Positions 33,602-44,534 are shown, numbered from the stretch's first letter. The stretch: 49,496 bases of DNA from Candidatus Omnitrophota bacterium (GCA_029564765.1 JAKQPK010000060.1:1-49496), one strand, 5' to 3'. Made by a program: numbers and translations. The notes: generated by a model from the letters alone, not told the origin.

Positions 33602-34144
33602 TTAAGATGGATTTTCTTTATGGTGCCGCTCAAAAAGATAGCGAATATCGCTTTCCGTATTCTTCGCCGTCTGTATACCCAAATATAAAAGCAAAGAAAA
33701 CTGCCAGCACTCATCAGGACAAGCGATGAGCCCTGTCTGCACATCTTCACGGCGCTGTAAATAATCCTTGTAATAAGCGATCGTATTTTCGAAACTATCT
33801 TCATGCACATCAACGGAATAAGTTTGATTGTTATATTTTAAAGATGGCATGCTGACACCTCGAACCATCAAAAAATTCATGACCATTGGCTCGTTTAGAT
33901 CGCCCCTAGAGCTTTCTTCACTCTCAAAGCCAAGAAATTGTGGAATATTAGGAGGGAGAATGATCGTCGGCTTAGTGACGCGCACGCTCCCCTGTCGAAC
34001 GACCGTGTCGCCAAGATTCACGGATGAAGCGGACAGGATGATATATGGCACTTGTGTATCTTCAAAGGTCATCAAGTTTTTGATGCGCGATCGAATGATC
34101 TCCGTTTGCGCTAAGGCTTTCTCCCAATTTTTCTGTATATCCAT
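33602..34144 (-). CDS. Hypothetical protein
   Basis: 180-aa ORF co-oriented with its neighbours; no recognised motif. Confidence 0.75.
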   Translation of the reverse strand: MDIQKNWEKALAQTEIIRSRIKNLMTFEDTQVPYIILSASSVNLGDTVVRQGSVRVTKPTIILPPNIPQFLGFESEESSRGDLNEPMVMNFLMVRGVSMPSLKYNNQTYSVDVHEDSFENTIAYYKDYLQRREDVQTGLIACPDECWQFSLLLYLGIQTAKNTESDIRYLFERHHKENPS

Positions 34145-34199
34145 CTAAGCAACCTTTTTTAAGAAACAAGCTTATATTGCATCCTTCGATCATAGAAAA

Positions 34200-34288
34200 C
34201 GGAGAGGGAGAGATTCGAACTCTCGGGCCACCTTACGATGACCACACGCCTTCCAAGCGTGCTCATTCAACCACTCTGACACCTCTCC
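34200..34288 (-). tRNA. tRNA-Ser(GGA)
   Basis: CACGC-TT-GGA-AG-GCGTG anticodon arm, long variable arm, GTTCGAATC. Confidence 0.95.
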
Positions 34289-34396
34289 AAACCTCTAAAC
34301 AATCAAAATCCTCACTTAACCAATGGAGAGAATTGTGTCGATCCCAGGACATCGGAACAAAAAGATCGACTCACCTCTGCACAAATCCGCACTAAC

Positions 34397-34431
34397 AAAA
34401 AAGGTGTAGACGAGAAATCATGCCTACACCT
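34397..34431 (-). terminator. Intrinsic terminator
   Basis: AGGTGTAG/CTACACCT stem plus T-tract, downstream of 34463..34768. Confidence 0.6.
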
Positions 34432-34462
34432 CAAGCGTCTTTGCTCAATTCAAACCAAAAGA

Positions 34463-34768
34463 TTATTTATGGATCAACAATAAAATAAACGAAACAACGC
34501 TGATCACAAAACCTGCAATGATACCATGGGAACGTTTTTTAGTGATGATCCTATCCAGGATGTGAATCGTTGCAAGCTCAAGCTTCGGGATAAAACGCGT
34601 CTTAATTCCATACTCACGGCTTAAGGCTTTGTTAAGCGCATCAAAAGCCTCTGGCGAAACCATTAACACGATACCCGAAAAGAAACCAAAAGACACAAGG
34701 AACCTCAACGTCAGCTGCATGATCTGGATCCATTCAGATGTTTCAAAATATAATAAAATCCCTGACAT
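34463..34768 (-). CDS. Small two-TM membrane protein
   Basis: Two hydrophobic segments; AGGAGG SD. Confidence 0.7.
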   Translation of the reverse strand: MSGILLYFETSEWIQIMQLTLRFLVSFGFFSGIVLMVSPEAFDALNKALSREYGIKTRFIPKLELATIHILDRIITKKRSHGIIAGFVISVVSFILLLIHK

Positions 34769-34874
34769 ACAACCTCCTAATGTTTAACTACCGAAAGTAT
34801 ATCAAACAATATCCTGATCCGCAATAAAATCTATATAGATTTTATGACAACAGGCTAAGTATTGTTTAATTTTT

Positions 34875-35726
34875 TTATTCAAAAATAACAGTTTTATTGT
34901 TATAGCAAAGTATTTTTCTTTGCAAATGCCAACGTACCGCACGATTCAAAACGATCCTCTCGAGATCCTGCCCTTTACGCACAAGGTCTGCCAACGCGTC
35001 TCGATGGGTCACGCGCACCGTGTCTTGCTCGATAATCGGCCCAGCGTCAAGCCTTCGAACAACATAATGGCTTGTCGCGCCAATAATTTTAACACCTTTT
35101 TGATAAGCCTGACGATAAGGATCTCCCCCAGCGAAAGCCGGCAAGAACGAGTGGTGGATATTGATGATACGGTTTGGAAAATGGTTAAGAATATTCTGCG
35201 TTAAGATCTGGTGATACCTTGCCAAGACGATCATATCGATCTTCTCTTTCTTGAGCGCCAGAAGCTCTTTTTGCTCCTGAGCACGCTTTGTTTGGGGCGT
35301 GATCGGACATTCCAGAAACCTGACCCCGAATTCCTTAGCGATCACCTTAGCGTCCGCGTGATTACTGATGATCAGGCGGATCTGACAAGGCAACTGCCCT
35401 TGCCTGTGGCGCAACAGAAGATCATACAAGCAATGCAAATGCTTAGAAACAAAGATCGCAACGCGCGGTAATTGTTGTGAAAAATAAAGCGACCACGCCA
35501 TTGAAAATTTCTTCGCCAATGGCAAGAACGCTGTCTCGATCTTGGCGGTTGATAGGTCAAAATCCTTAAGCGACCACTCCACGCGCATAAAAAACGTATT
35601 GCTTTGCTCATCGATATGCTGATCAGCGCTGATAATGTTGCCGCCATGAATAAAAACAAAATTTGTCACCGCGGCTGTGATCCCCTTACGGTCCGGACAA
35701 GAAATAAGCAGTATCGCATGATTCAT
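34875..35726 (-). CDS. purU: Formyltetrahydrofolate deformylase
   Basis: ACT domain (SCPDRKGITAAV), INIHHSFLPAF, GVKIIGATSHYV and DAGPIIEQ. Confidence 0.95.
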   Translation of the reverse strand: MNHAILLISCPDRKGITAAVTNFVFIHGGNIISADQHIDEQSNTFFMRVEWSLKDFDLSTAKIETAFLPLAKKFSMAWSLYFSQQLPRVAIFVSKHLHCLYDLLLRHRQGQLPCQIRLIISNHADAKVIAKEFGVRFLECPITPQTKRAQEQKELLALKKEKIDMIVLARYHQILTQNILNHFPNRIINIHHSFLPAFAGGDPYRQAYQKGVKIIGATSHYVVRRLDAGPIIEQDTVRVTHRDALADLVRKGQDLERIVLNRAVRWHLQRKILCYNNKTVIFE

Positions 35727-35868
35727 ATAGGTCGTCCTTTGCAATAAATGTTAAAAGAAGAAAATTGTCAGCGCTTGCTCGACAAAAGCCCTAGAAGCAT
35801 CTCGCTTTTTTCTTATGTTTGTAAACATCCTCCCTCTCGGGATGGGTATTCACGTTTGAAGAAAAAAC

Positions 35869-35958
35869 TGGCGGAGAGGGAGAGATTTGAACTCTCGAGG
35901 CCCTTGCGAGCCTAACGGTTTTCGAGACCGCCACATTCGGCCACTCTGCCACCTCTCC
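35869..35958 (-). tRNA. tRNA-Ser(CGA), CCA encoded
   Basis: GCGGT-CT-CGA-AA-ACCGT anticodon arm, long variable arm. Confidence 0.95.
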
Positions 35959-36079
35959 TCAAAAATTATCTTAAACGCTTCTTTGACTTTTTTCTTGAAA
36001 TATCAGTTTTTAAAGACCTTCATCTACGGAAATCTCTATTATAAACAAATATCGCTCTTTGTTATATCGCTGACACTCA

Positions 36080-37435
36080 TCAAGATTTAATGATAGGCCA
36101 AAACGGTTTGCCTTTATTTCTTCGAACCAAACCTTCAACAAGGTCAACAAGTTTAGCGTCATATTTTCGGCCAGCACCCTCGCGGAGTTCTTTCAACGCT
36201 TTTTTAATGCCTAACGCGGGGCGATACGGTCTGTGACTTGTCATTGATTCCAAGACATCACTAACTGCCAAAATTTTTGCCTCCAGCATGATCTTGTTGC
36301 CCTTCAAGCGATTAGGATATCCGGTGCCGTCTAAACGTTCATGATGCTGATAGATCATCTCTGAAAGCGCGAACGGGAACGGGATCTCCTTGATGAGATC
36401 ATGACAACGCTGGACATGTTCCTTGATCAGATTATATTCTAGGCTGGTCAGGCTTCCTGGCTTCGTCAAAATATCTAAGGGAACGCTGATCTTGCCTAGA
36501 TCATGCAGATCCGCCGCAAGCTTTAAGCCAATTAATTGATTTTCTTCAAATTTCAGTTCTTGACCAATAACTTCCGCGATGCGCGCGACATTCTGCGCAT
36601 GAGAGAAGGTGTACGGGTCTCGGATACCTAAGGCGCGATTCAAGACCGTCAAGGCGTTCACAAGCATATTAAAGCGTTCATGTTCAAGGTTCGCGTGCGC
36701 TGTCATATCACGGGTAATACCCATCATGCCGATCACCTTTCCCTTGCGATCATAAATAGGGACCTTGGTCGTGATCACTTGATTCCATGTTTTATTCGGA
36801 AGCAATGTCCGTTCGATCTTACCAACAATAGGCGCGCCAGTGCGCATTACCTGCTGATCATCAGCGATCATTTTTGCTGCTTGATCTTTTGGGAAAAAAT
36901 CATAATCCGTCTTTCCCATGATCTCTTCTGGCTTCAGCTTAAACCCTTTGGCATAAAAACGGTTCACTTTCGTGATACGGCATTGCAGATCTTTAAAATA
37001 GATAGCATCCGGCATTTGATCTAAAAAAGACTCCATCAGATGTGCCTCATCCAGAAATTTCTGCTGATCCTGCCAAGCTTCTTGGGAAACCTGCAAACAT
37101 CCTTCGATGTAAAGATTCTTCGCGGTCTTAACAAGACGAGCGGACAGTAGGGTCGACATAGAAGGCTTCTTGGCATCAATCTTGAGCACGGCTTTAAAAT
37201 GAGACACTTTTTTGTTGCGGTATAGCAACGTTAATAATGTTCTGTAGTCAGCTGCGTGAACAAAAAAACTGGAAAATCTTTTTGTCTGTTTACCATCAGA
37301 TAAACGAGTGTCTAGGATACGCTCAAGCGCCGTGTTCACGTAAACAAAACGTTCTTTCGACTTGAGTTCATAACGAAAAAAACCAATTTGGAACATGTTC
37401 GCTACTTGTTCAATATCTAAAGCACCATTTTTCAT
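36080..37435 (-). CDS. PAS-PAS-HD-GYP cyclic dinucleotide phosphodiesterase
   Basis: PAS motif (PDAIYFKD...GKTDYDFFP), LHDLGK, HHERLDGTGYP and RPYR. Confidence 0.9.
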   Translation of the reverse strand: MKNGALDIEQVANMFQIGFFRYELKSKERFVYVNTALERILDTRLSDGKQTKRFSSFFVHAADYRTLLTLLYRNKKVSHFKAVLKIDAKKPSMSTLLSARLVKTAKNLYIEGCLQVSQEAWQDQQKFLDEAHLMESFLDQMPDAIYFKDLQCRITKVNRFYAKGFKLKPEEIMGKTDYDFFPKDQAAKMIADDQQVMRTGAPIVGKIERTLLPNKTWNQVITTKVPIYDRKGKVIGMMGITRDMTAHANLEHERFNMLVNALTVLNRALGIRDPYTFSHAQNVARIAEVIGQELKFEENQLIGLKLAADLHDLGKISVPLDILTKPGSLTSLEYNLIKEHVQRCHDLIKEIPFPFALSEMIYQHHERLDGTGYPNRLKGNKIMLEAKILAVSDVLESMTSHRPYRPALGIKKALKELREGAGRKYDAKLVDLVEGLVRRNKGKPFWPIIKS

Positions 37436-37449
37436 TTTCTTTCTTTCTA

Positions 37450-38298
37450 TTATTTTGCCTTTAAAACACCGCTTTTACGCTCTTTGGGAGCAGCCGGAGG
37501 CTCTTCAATAAGCTTCCCGCTCAATCGCACTGGAATTGTTCCAGTTACGGTTATCTCCATAGGCCCGGCAACATCTGAAACGCTCATACGGCTTTCCAAG
37601 GGTCGCGCCAGAGGATCCTGTGATGGACCCGCATGCTGTAAAAGCGGCTGGTCCTGCGGAGCTGCCTGATACTCATAACTGCGAACAATCCCCTCCAACT
37701 GTGTCGCCAGATCATCTTGCTGCATTTCGCGAAGTTTTGTGATGCATTCAAGGACCTGCGGGCTATCACCAGACATAAAATATGCCATGCCTAGACCAAA
37801 ATAAGCTGAAGGATTTTGCCATTTCTCCGCGATCTCTTTAAAATATACGATCGCATCTTTGGGGCGTGATTTTCCGAGCAAATAGATCCATCCGATCGAT
37901 AATTTTGCCTGGGTAGAATTTGGGTTAAGTTCTAAAGCTTTGAGAGTGTGTTTTTCCGCAAGATCAAAATGCCCTAACCCATAATATGATTTTCCGAGAT
38001 TAATATACGCATCCTCAAATTGGGGGTCAATGTCAACCGCTGTCTTAAAATACCACGCAACCTCGATGGGATCCAAACCCATTTGCTGATAAGCAAGGCC
38101 TAGATAATTATATGCTGGCGCGAAGTTTGGATTGATCTTGATCGTTCTCTCGTATAATTTCGTGGCGGTTTCCAGGTCGCCCTGCTGGGCTGCAATCATC
38201 GCCTCTCTAAAAATTGCCTGATAATCTTGTGCCCCGGCTGTCATAACAGAAACAGATAAAAATAAAACTATCAAAATAATTTTAAACTCATGATGCAT
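37450..38298 (-). CDS. Exported TPR protein
   Basis: Signal peptide; AYNYLGLAY and AYINLGKSY TPR repeats. Confidence 0.85.
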   Translation of the reverse strand: MHHEFKIILIVLFLSVSVMTAGAQDYQAIFREAMIAAQQGDLETATKLYERTIKINPNFAPAYNYLGLAYQQMGLDPIEVAWYFKTAVDIDPQFEDAYINLGKSYYGLGHFDLAEKHTLKALELNPNSTQAKLSIGWIYLLGKSRPKDAIVYFKEIAEKWQNPSAYFGLGMAYFMSGDSPQVLECITKLREMQQDDLATQLEGIVRSYEYQAAPQDQPLLQHAGPSQDPLARPLESRMSVSDVAGPMEITVTGTIPVRLSGKLIEEPPAAPKERKSGVLKAK

Positions 38299-38301
38299 GG
38301 T

Positions 38302-39237
38302 TTATTGACCCTCTCTGTCCATACCGTCATCGGAACCAGGATTTTTTTCAACCCTCTCTAAAATTCTCTCGTAAACACTTTTCTTCAAGGGCGGCTCTTT
38401 TGCTTCGAGCTCTTGAAGTTTTTTCTGATCCTTTTCCGTAAAAAGACCTCCCTTCATTTGATATCTCTGAGAAACCTCCTCACCCCCAGATGATGAAGCG
38501 TCAGGTTGCGGCATATTCAAAATATTATCTTCTTGTGCTCCTGCCGCACTCGCGCCAGACCCTGAACCAGCGCCTTGCGATGTAACCTGGGCCGAACCTT
38601 TCTCTGAGCCTGCAGCGCCAGAACCTGATGCTGCCCCGGATCCAGCCGAAGACGTCGAACGTTCTGAAGCTATTGTCTGCGGGCTCAATCGTGACCCCAT
38701 CAACATTTTAGCTACTTGCATGCTAACAACGACCTCATCACCGCTTGCGCGCTTTAAGCTAAAGCTTGTCTTAATGATCTTCAGCAGATCATCCGAGGTA
38801 TCAATCATATGCATGAATGAAGCGATATTCTCCAAAAGCCCCTCACATTCTAGATTGGCATAATACTCTGTAAATCCTTTTCGCTCTTTTGATTCCGCGG
38901 GAGTTATCTTGATCAAATTAATATTTGCTTCAGTGGCGATCATTTCAACTTTTTTCAAGAAGCTGGCTATGATCTGTTCTTCCGTGCGATAGGTGTTTTT
39001 GTAGTAGGAGCTAAACGCCGCGTCTTCTTCCAGGATCTGGTTCTTATATGTTACAAAACGCAAGTCACGTTGAATATTCACACGCTGCTGTCTGATCTCC
39101 TCATCATATGTTTTCATTTTTGAAAGGGACGGGCCCAAAAACATGCGATCCAGGACCATTACCAGGACGATCACTAGCGCAACATAAAATATTTTTTTTT
39201 CTTGATCGTTTAACTTTGAATAAAAATCATTTAGCAA
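38302..39237 (-). CDS. GspM/PilO-like protein with Ser/Gly-rich tail
   Basis: LNDQEKK plus TM helix, coiled coil and ferredoxin-like domain; operon position. Confidence 0.7.
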   Translation of the reverse strand: MLNDFYSKLNDQEKKIFYVALVIVLVMVLDRMFLGPSLSKMKTYDEEIRQQRVNIQRDLRFVTYKNQILEEDAAFSSYYKNTYRTEEQIIASFLKKVEMIATEANINLIKITPAESKERKGFTEYYANLECEGLLENIASFMHMIDTSDDLLKIIKTSFSLKRASGDEVVVSMQVAKMLMGSRLSPQTIASERSTSSAGSGAASGSGAAGSEKGSAQVTSQGAGSGSGASAAGAQEDNILNMPQPDASSSGGEEVSQRYQMKGGLFTEKDQKKLQELEAKEPPLKKSVYERILERVEKNPGSDDGMDREGQ

Positions 39238-39267
39238 AGTACTTCTCCTCGATAAAGCTCATGTTGT

Positions 39268-40797
39268 CTATTCTTGAACAGCTTTTGATCCGGATGCATC
39301 CGGCGCCTTTACTCGTTGCTCAGCAGCATCCTCTGTAAGATCCTCACTCCCATCATCTTGAGCGCTCTCTAACCTGAAGACGATCTCGAATGCCGCAACA
39401 TCTTTTCCGCGTTCCTTCTTCGCTGTGGTTGATCTTGTCTTCACACCCTTGAACAGATCAGAATTCTCCAGCGACCCGACAAGCGCAAAAACTTGAGACA
39501 TAGAGTCTGATGTTCCGTCGATCATGATCTTACCTTTCTCATCGATCACAAGAGAATTTAAGTAAACATCGTTGGGAATGATGCGGTAAAGTTCCGTGAT
39601 CGCTTCCAAGGGTATTAAACGGCTTGTCAAATAAGACTTAACCAAGCGCGTCTTGGTCGATATCTGCTCAAGTTTCTTGGCTTCTTCTTGGGTTGCGGCA
39701 TATTCATTCTTGATCTTTTCTAATAACGCGCCCTTAAAATAAAGCTTGCTCATCACCATCAACCCAACAACAACCAGAAAAATAAGGATCAAAGCCCCGA
39801 ACCTAAGACCTTCTCGCCCCTGCTCTTCTAAAGAACGCTGAACGCGTACTTCTTCTGGCAAAAAATCGATCTGGCTTTTTTCTGCAGCTAAAACAGGTGA
39901 AATAACATCTAAGAAAGTCGTTTTTTTCTTTGCGACTAAAACCTGTCGTGCCGCTTCCGCCACAGGAACTTTCTCGGCATAGCGAACAATACGGGAGTGA
40001 ACGCTTAAAGTATTTAAAAGTGCTTCTTGTAGCGCCTGCTGATCTTCGCCGTCATCGCTGAGGATATGTTCCGTCGGCAATTGCTCTATATCCTCGCTCT
40101 GATAAGAATCAAGGGACTGCTTGAACTCGCCAATAAAACGCTCGTAACTCTCAGGCGACTCCTCGCTAAGTTGACGGATGCCAATTGGAATGTTGCGGCA
40201 AGCGATCACTGTTCCGCGTAAAGTGATCGTAAAATCCGTAGAGAAGCTATCCACATCCAGGATGCCTGTTGGCTTTAACTCCTCACCAAGATGCAATGTC
40301 TGCGCATAAAATGCCGCGCGCACTTCTGGACCAAAAAGGATCTTAACAACTCGAACCCCTGCATTTTCAAGAATATCGACTTGACGCATGACAACCTTGC
40401 GGTTGACGATCGCGAGAAGAACTTTACTATAATTTTTCTGGTAAACACCAAAATTGATGTATCCAATAATGATCTCTTCGCGCGAATATGGCGTATGACG
40501 TCCCGCCTGGAGCTCAATGATCGAAGCGATCTCACCCGGATCAAGGGATGGGATCTCAATATTTTTTGTCGTTACAAAGCTAGAGGATAAAACGCAAATA
40601 ACTTGTGGCTTCTTGAGGCCAAAAGACATGGTTGTCTGCGCGATGATACTCGAGATCTCATCATCAGACAGGCCCTTGATCTCACGAAAAAATAAATTTG
40701 AAACTTCAGGATTGCCAGGAGCGACTTTCAGATGTGCGATCTTAAGGGTATCTTCCGTTAGTACGACGCTTAGCTGTCCATTTTTATTTTTTGCCAT
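39268..40797 (-). CDS. GspL-like PilM-PilN fusion
   Basis: Actin-like N-terminal region (ILDVDSFST, RNIPIG), IDFLPEE, TM helix and IPNDVYLNSL PilN-like domain. Confidence 0.8.
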   Translation of the reverse strand: MAKNKNGQLSVVLTEDTLKIAHLKVAPGNPEVSNLFFREIKGLSDDEISSIIAQTTMSFGLKKPQVICVLSSSFVTTKNIEIPSLDPGEIASIIELQAGRHTPYSREEIIIGYINFGVYQKNYSKVLLAIVNRKVVMRQVDILENAGVRVVKILFGPEVRAAFYAQTLHLGEELKPTGILDVDSFSTDFTITLRGTVIACRNIPIGIRQLSEESPESYERFIGEFKQSLDSYQSEDIEQLPTEHILSDDGEDQQALQEALLNTLSVHSRIVRYAEKVPVAEAARQVLVAKKKTTFLDVISPVLAAEKSQIDFLPEEVRVQRSLEEQGREGLRFGALILIFLVVVGLMVMSKLYFKGALLEKIKNEYAATQEEAKKLEQISTKTRLVKSYLTSRLIPLEAITELYRIIPNDVYLNSLVIDEKGKIMIDGTSDSMSQVFALVGSLENSDLFKGVKTRSTTAKKERGKDVAAFEIVFRLESAQDDGSEDLTEDAAEQRVKAPDASGSKAVQE

Positions 40798-40809
40798 GAT
40801 CTTGATCAG

Positions 40810-41841
40810 TTATGATTCATTCCAATAAACGATGGTGCGCGCCGCCGCATCATAAACGCAACGGACCGTATTTTGCTGTTTTCCGCCAACGGCATATCCC
40901 TTGGCCTGGATAGAGTAAAAATCTGATGTTGTTGTTATTTTCTGACTTCCATGAAGTTCGTGTACAAATAATGCATCATTCTCTGCGAACATGCTTAAGA
41001 CGCTCATTGCCGCCGCAAAATCCTCAGTCGATCGAAATGTTATATCGTCCGCAGTCCCTTCGATATCATCAAAGCCAATCCTCTTTTCAATGATATCTTT
41101 TGCTACATCGCTTGTGAAGCCAATCGCGTACAAAACCGGGAAAGTCGCTGTATTCACATTGACTCTTCCATCGCTATAGACCGTGACAAAATGACGTAAA
41201 CGTTCAAAAATATCTTTACGCATCCCTTCTACCAATAAAAGCTCTTCTACGAGCTCAAAATCACGGCCTTTCGGCTCATAGGGATAACGGAGATTTTTAT
41301 AGTATTCTTGGCTAAAAAAACCCTTAAGCGTAGTCGTTCCTGGAGTTCGCCAATCAATTATTGCGATCGCCAAACCCTCAGACCCTTCGGCATCCCATCC
41401 AAACACAGCCTGAAGAAGACGGACAAGAGAGCGCTTATCGGCAAAATTAATATTGATTTTCGATGCTTCATCTATCATACCATAATGTTTTTCATTCTTA
41501 TCGAAAGTTTTATCAAGAATTTTTCTTTCAATATCGACTGTCACATCACCAAGATCGATCGAACGAAAATCCCTAATATTATTCATAAGAAAGGCCTTGG
41601 CCGATACAACAGAAAGTGGCTGATCATTCTTCTCATAAGCAGCATGGAGCATGGCAATGGCCTTGCGAATACCAGAAGAGGCCGCTAAATACAATTTATG
41701 ACGGGATTCAAGCCTTTGCACCATGATCATTCGCTGACGAACCCCAAAACCCAGATAGATCGAGAACGTTGTCAATACAACAAGCGTCCATAGCGCAAAG
41801 ATTAGAATGCTTCCTTGACGGTTTCTCATTAACCCCCTCAT
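40810..41841 (-). CDS. gspK: Type II secretion minor pseudopilin K
   Basis: GSILIFALW, DEASKININ, AIIDWR, EELLLVEG and VNVNTA motifs. Confidence 0.88.
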   Translation of the reverse strand: MRGLMRNRQGSILIFALWTLVVLTTFSIYLGFGVRQRMIMVQRLESRHKLYLAASSGIRKAIAMLHAAYEKNDQPLSVVSAKAFLMNNIRDFRSIDLGDVTVDIERKILDKTFDKNEKHYGMIDEASKININFADKRSLVRLLQAVFGWDAEGSEGLAIAIIDWRTPGTTTLKGFFSQEYYKNLRYPYEPKGRDFELVEELLLVEGMRKDIFERLRHFVTVYSDGRVNVNTATFPVLYAIGFTSDVAKDIIEKRIGFDDIEGTADDITFRSTEDFAAAMSVLSMFAENDALFVHELHGSQKITTTSDFYSIQAKGYAVGGKQQNTVRCVYDAAARTIVYWNES

Positions 41842-42479
41842 AGATTCGAAAGGCTCGCCACCACATCGATCATACGTGTCATACGGCGAATTATCTTTCC
41901 AGCTGCGTATTCGATATCAACCTGGACCATGCTAGGCAAAACCCCTTTACCATCTTTTTGCTCCACTAATTTCTTGTCTTTACGATAAAAATAGGTCAAT
42001 GAAAAACTCTTAATACTCGACGCCAGAACAACTGGTTTCTGCCATTGCCCTTTCAAGGATTGTCCATAATTTGCTTGCTGACGCAAAATTTGACCAACGT
42101 TACCCTCAAAAGAATAGCGAACCTTACCGATCTGTTGAACATAAGGGTCTGAACCCATGCTCTTAGGGTCAGCGGCTGTCGTGACTAAAACAGGGAACTC
42201 ACAATCAACAAAAGTGCCCTTAAACTCTAACGCAGAGAAATAAAAAGTGTTGCGCCAGTCATGCGCGATCTTCTCTAAGGCGATCATGACATCTTCCTCT
42301 GGAAAATCCCGATGCGCATAATTCCAGATCTTGGTCCCGGAAGAAAAGGTTTGATAGATCGCGATGCTTACGGTCGCGAACAAGACAACAACAAGCAGAA
42401 CCTCGGTCATCGTAAACCCAAGGTATAATCGCTGCCGATACTGAAAAAAATAATTTCTATATTTACTTAGCCCGATCAT
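41838..42479 (-). CDS. Minor pseudopilin, GspJ-like
   Basis: G|FTMTEVLLVV prepilin cleavage motif. Confidence 0.75.
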   Translation of the reverse strand: MIGLSKYRNYFFQYRQRLYLGFTMTEVLLVVVLFATVSIAIYQTFSSGTKIWNYAHRDFPEEDVMIALEKIAHDWRNTFYFSALEFKGTFVDCEFPVLVTTAADPKSMGSDPYVQQIGKVRYSFEGNVGQILRQQANYGQSLKGQWQKPVVLASSIKSFSLTYFYRKDKKLVEQKDGKGVLPSMVQVDIEYAAGKIIRRMTRMIDVVASLSNL

Positions 42480-42870
42480 AATACACATAGCAACTGCGAG
42501 ACATTGTGATCGCGCGGCCCGACTCTCTCCACGACAAAACAATATCAAGCTTATAAATATTTTTTAAGGATCCTACTTGGCTTACTTGCACATGTTCATC
42601 GAAATCTACATTCGTTCCATTAATATAAGCGGAGGCCGGGGGCAGTCCCGTCAGAAGGACCTCACCCGTGACCTCCAAGCGCTTCTGAATAAGCTCAATC
42701 TTGTTGGCAAAAATGCTTAACGCATGCAGCCGATAGGTCATATGATTCAAATAATCAAGAGACTTGAAGAAAGATTGATAGATCGCCACGATCCCCAAGG
42801 AAAGAACCGCTACGGTTGTCATGACCTCAATAAATGAGAAACCACCCTGACATCTACGCTTGCAAAGCAT
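42463..42870 (-). CDS. Minor pseudopilin, GspI-like
   Basis: G|FSFIEVMTTV prepilin motif. Confidence 0.75.
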   Translation of the reverse strand: MLCKRRCQGGFSFIEVMTTVAVLSLGIVAIYQSFFKSLDYLNHMTYRLHALSIFANKIELIQKRLEVTGEVLLTGLPPASAYINGTNVDFDEHVQVSQVGSLKNIYKLDIVLSWRESGRAITMSRSCYVYYDRAK

Positions 42871-42874
42871 AAAA

Positions 42875-43297
42875 CTATTTCCAGTTCGTAATATTATCTT
42901 CTTCTGTATTTTTATTTTTGCCATCAGAAAAAAGATCGTAGTCAGGACGGTAGCGACCCGGTGAAGCATATTGATAAGGATTACCCCAAGGATCAATAGG
43001 TTCGCGTTCTATATAAGGACCATTCCAATTCTGAGGAACAGGGTTCGTCGAAGGCTTCTGCAAAAGGGCCTTCAATCCTTGTGATGTTGATGGAAAGAAA
43101 CCATTATCCAGTTCATAAAGCTTTAAGGCCGTTGCGATCATGGAATTAATATCTGCCTTGGCGGCCGCGATCTTGGCCTGCTCCGAGCGCCCCGTTAGAC
43201 GAGGAATGATCATTGCGGATAATGACCCAATGATCACAACAACAAGCAAGATCTCAACAAGCGTGAAACCGTTAGGTGCCTTACAGTAATACCTCAT
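42875..43297 (-). CDS. gspG: Major pseudopilin G
   Basis: G|FTLVEILLVVVIIG, LYELDNG.FP, WNGPY and DPWGNPY; AAGGAG SD. Confidence 0.92.
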   Translation of the reverse strand: MRYYCKAPNGFTLVEILLVVVIIGSLSAMIIPRLTGRSEQAKIAAAKADINSMIATALKLYELDNGFFPSTSQGLKALLQKPSTNPVPQNWNGPYIEREPIDPWGNPYQYASPGRYRPDYDLFSDGKNKNTEEDNITNWK

Positions 43298-43325
43298 ACA
43301 TCTCCTTTTGTTGGTCATGATCAAA

Positions 43326-44534
43326 CTATTGCGCCAGTACGTCCATCTGAAAGATCGGTAACAACATAGCGATAACAATAAACCCGACAATAGCACCGAC
43401 GATCAGGATCATCAACGGCTCTAAGATCGCTGTAAAAGCTTTAACAGCATCTGAAACTTCCTGCTCATAGTTATCCGCGATATCGCGTAGCGTATCTTCC
43501 AGCAAGCCGGATTCCTCTCCAACAGTGATCAAGCTGACGATCATCGATGGAATAAACTGGCAGTCCTGAAAACTCTTGGACAATGAATTCCCCGCTTCTA
43601 ATCCGACCTTGATCCTTAAGAAATCCTGACGGATCAGTTCGTTAGTTAATGTTGGAACAGCCACCTGTAAAGCCTTTAAAAGCGGAACGCCGCTATGGAT
43701 CAAGATCTCTAAAGTGCGACAGAAACGCGCAAGTTCGACATTGAGCAAAAAAGGACCTAATAATGGCATCCTCAAAAGTATTCGATCAAGCATTCGCTTA
43801 CCATTTCGACTCTGCGCCCAGCGTATGCATGAAAAAATCAATAAAACGACCAAAGGAAAGATAATAAACCAGCCTTGACGCAAGATCTTGCTGGTCGCCA
43901 TCAAAAATTGTGTCGGCAAAGGCAAATGCTGTCCGGCATTAATAAAAAGCTGGGAAATCTTTGGCATGACGAAAGTCAAAATAAAAATGATCGTCAAAAA
44001 ACCGACACCTGCCATAAAAACAGGATAGGCCAAGGCTGTACGGACCTTGCCTAAAAGTTCGTTCTGGGTCCTTTGATGGTCAGCGATCGTTAAGAGGATC
44101 TGCCGCAAGTTACCTCCCTCTTCGCCAACGCGGACCATGGCCACATACAAAGATGAGAAAACTTTCGGATGATCGGCCAAGCAATCAGAAAAACTTCGCC
44201 CATCTGAAATGCCTTGACGGATATCATCAATAATAAAAACAAGCATTGATCGCGGTGATTGCTTCTTAATGATCTCTAGGGCCTTAAGGATCGGGATCCC
44301 TGATTTAATCAAATTCGATAACTGACGAGTAAAAAGATACGTCTCTTTAAATGATAGGGCAAGATTGGTGCGACTTGGACGCCCGACGCCTTGCCGTTTG
44401 CGCTCAGCGACTGACACTGGCAGTATATCCTGTCGGCTGATCAGTTCTACCGCCTCATCAGGATTACGTGCCTCAATGCAGCCTTGCGCTACATCTCCTG
44501 TCTTTGTCTTTCCGCGGTACTCGTAAATCGGCAT
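43326..44534 (-). CDS. gspF: T2SS/T4P inner-membrane platform protein
   Basis: FTRQLSNLIKSGIP, GEEGGNL, ALAYP, GEESGLL and LEP motifs. Confidence 0.92.
   Translation of the reverse strand: MPIYEYRGKTKTGDVAQGCIEARNPDEAVELISRQDILPVSVAERKRQGVGRPSRTNLALSFKETYLFTRQLSNLIKSGIPILKALEIIKKQSPRSMLVFIIDDIRQGISDGRSFSDCLADHPKVFSSLYVAMVRVGEEGGNLRQILLTIADHQRTQNELLGKVRTALAYPVFMAGVGFLTIIFILTFVMPKISQLFINAGQHLPLPTQFLMATSKILRQGWFIIFPLVVLLIFSCIRWAQSRNGKRMLDRILLRMPLLGPFLLNVELARFCRTLEILIHSGVPLLKALQVAVPTLTNELIRQDFLRIKVGLEAGNSLSKSFQDCQFIPSMIVSLITVGEESGLLEDTLRDIADNYEQEVSDAVKAFTAILEPLMILIVGAIVGFIVIAMLLPIFQMDVLAQ

Noticed and set aside
34177-34395. Short ORFs over tRNA genes (also 30794..31072 and 35887..36090)
   Set aside because: They are translations of tRNA sequence.
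38560-38660. GSGAA-type repeats in the PilO-like gene
   Set aside because: An ordinary low-complexity linker.
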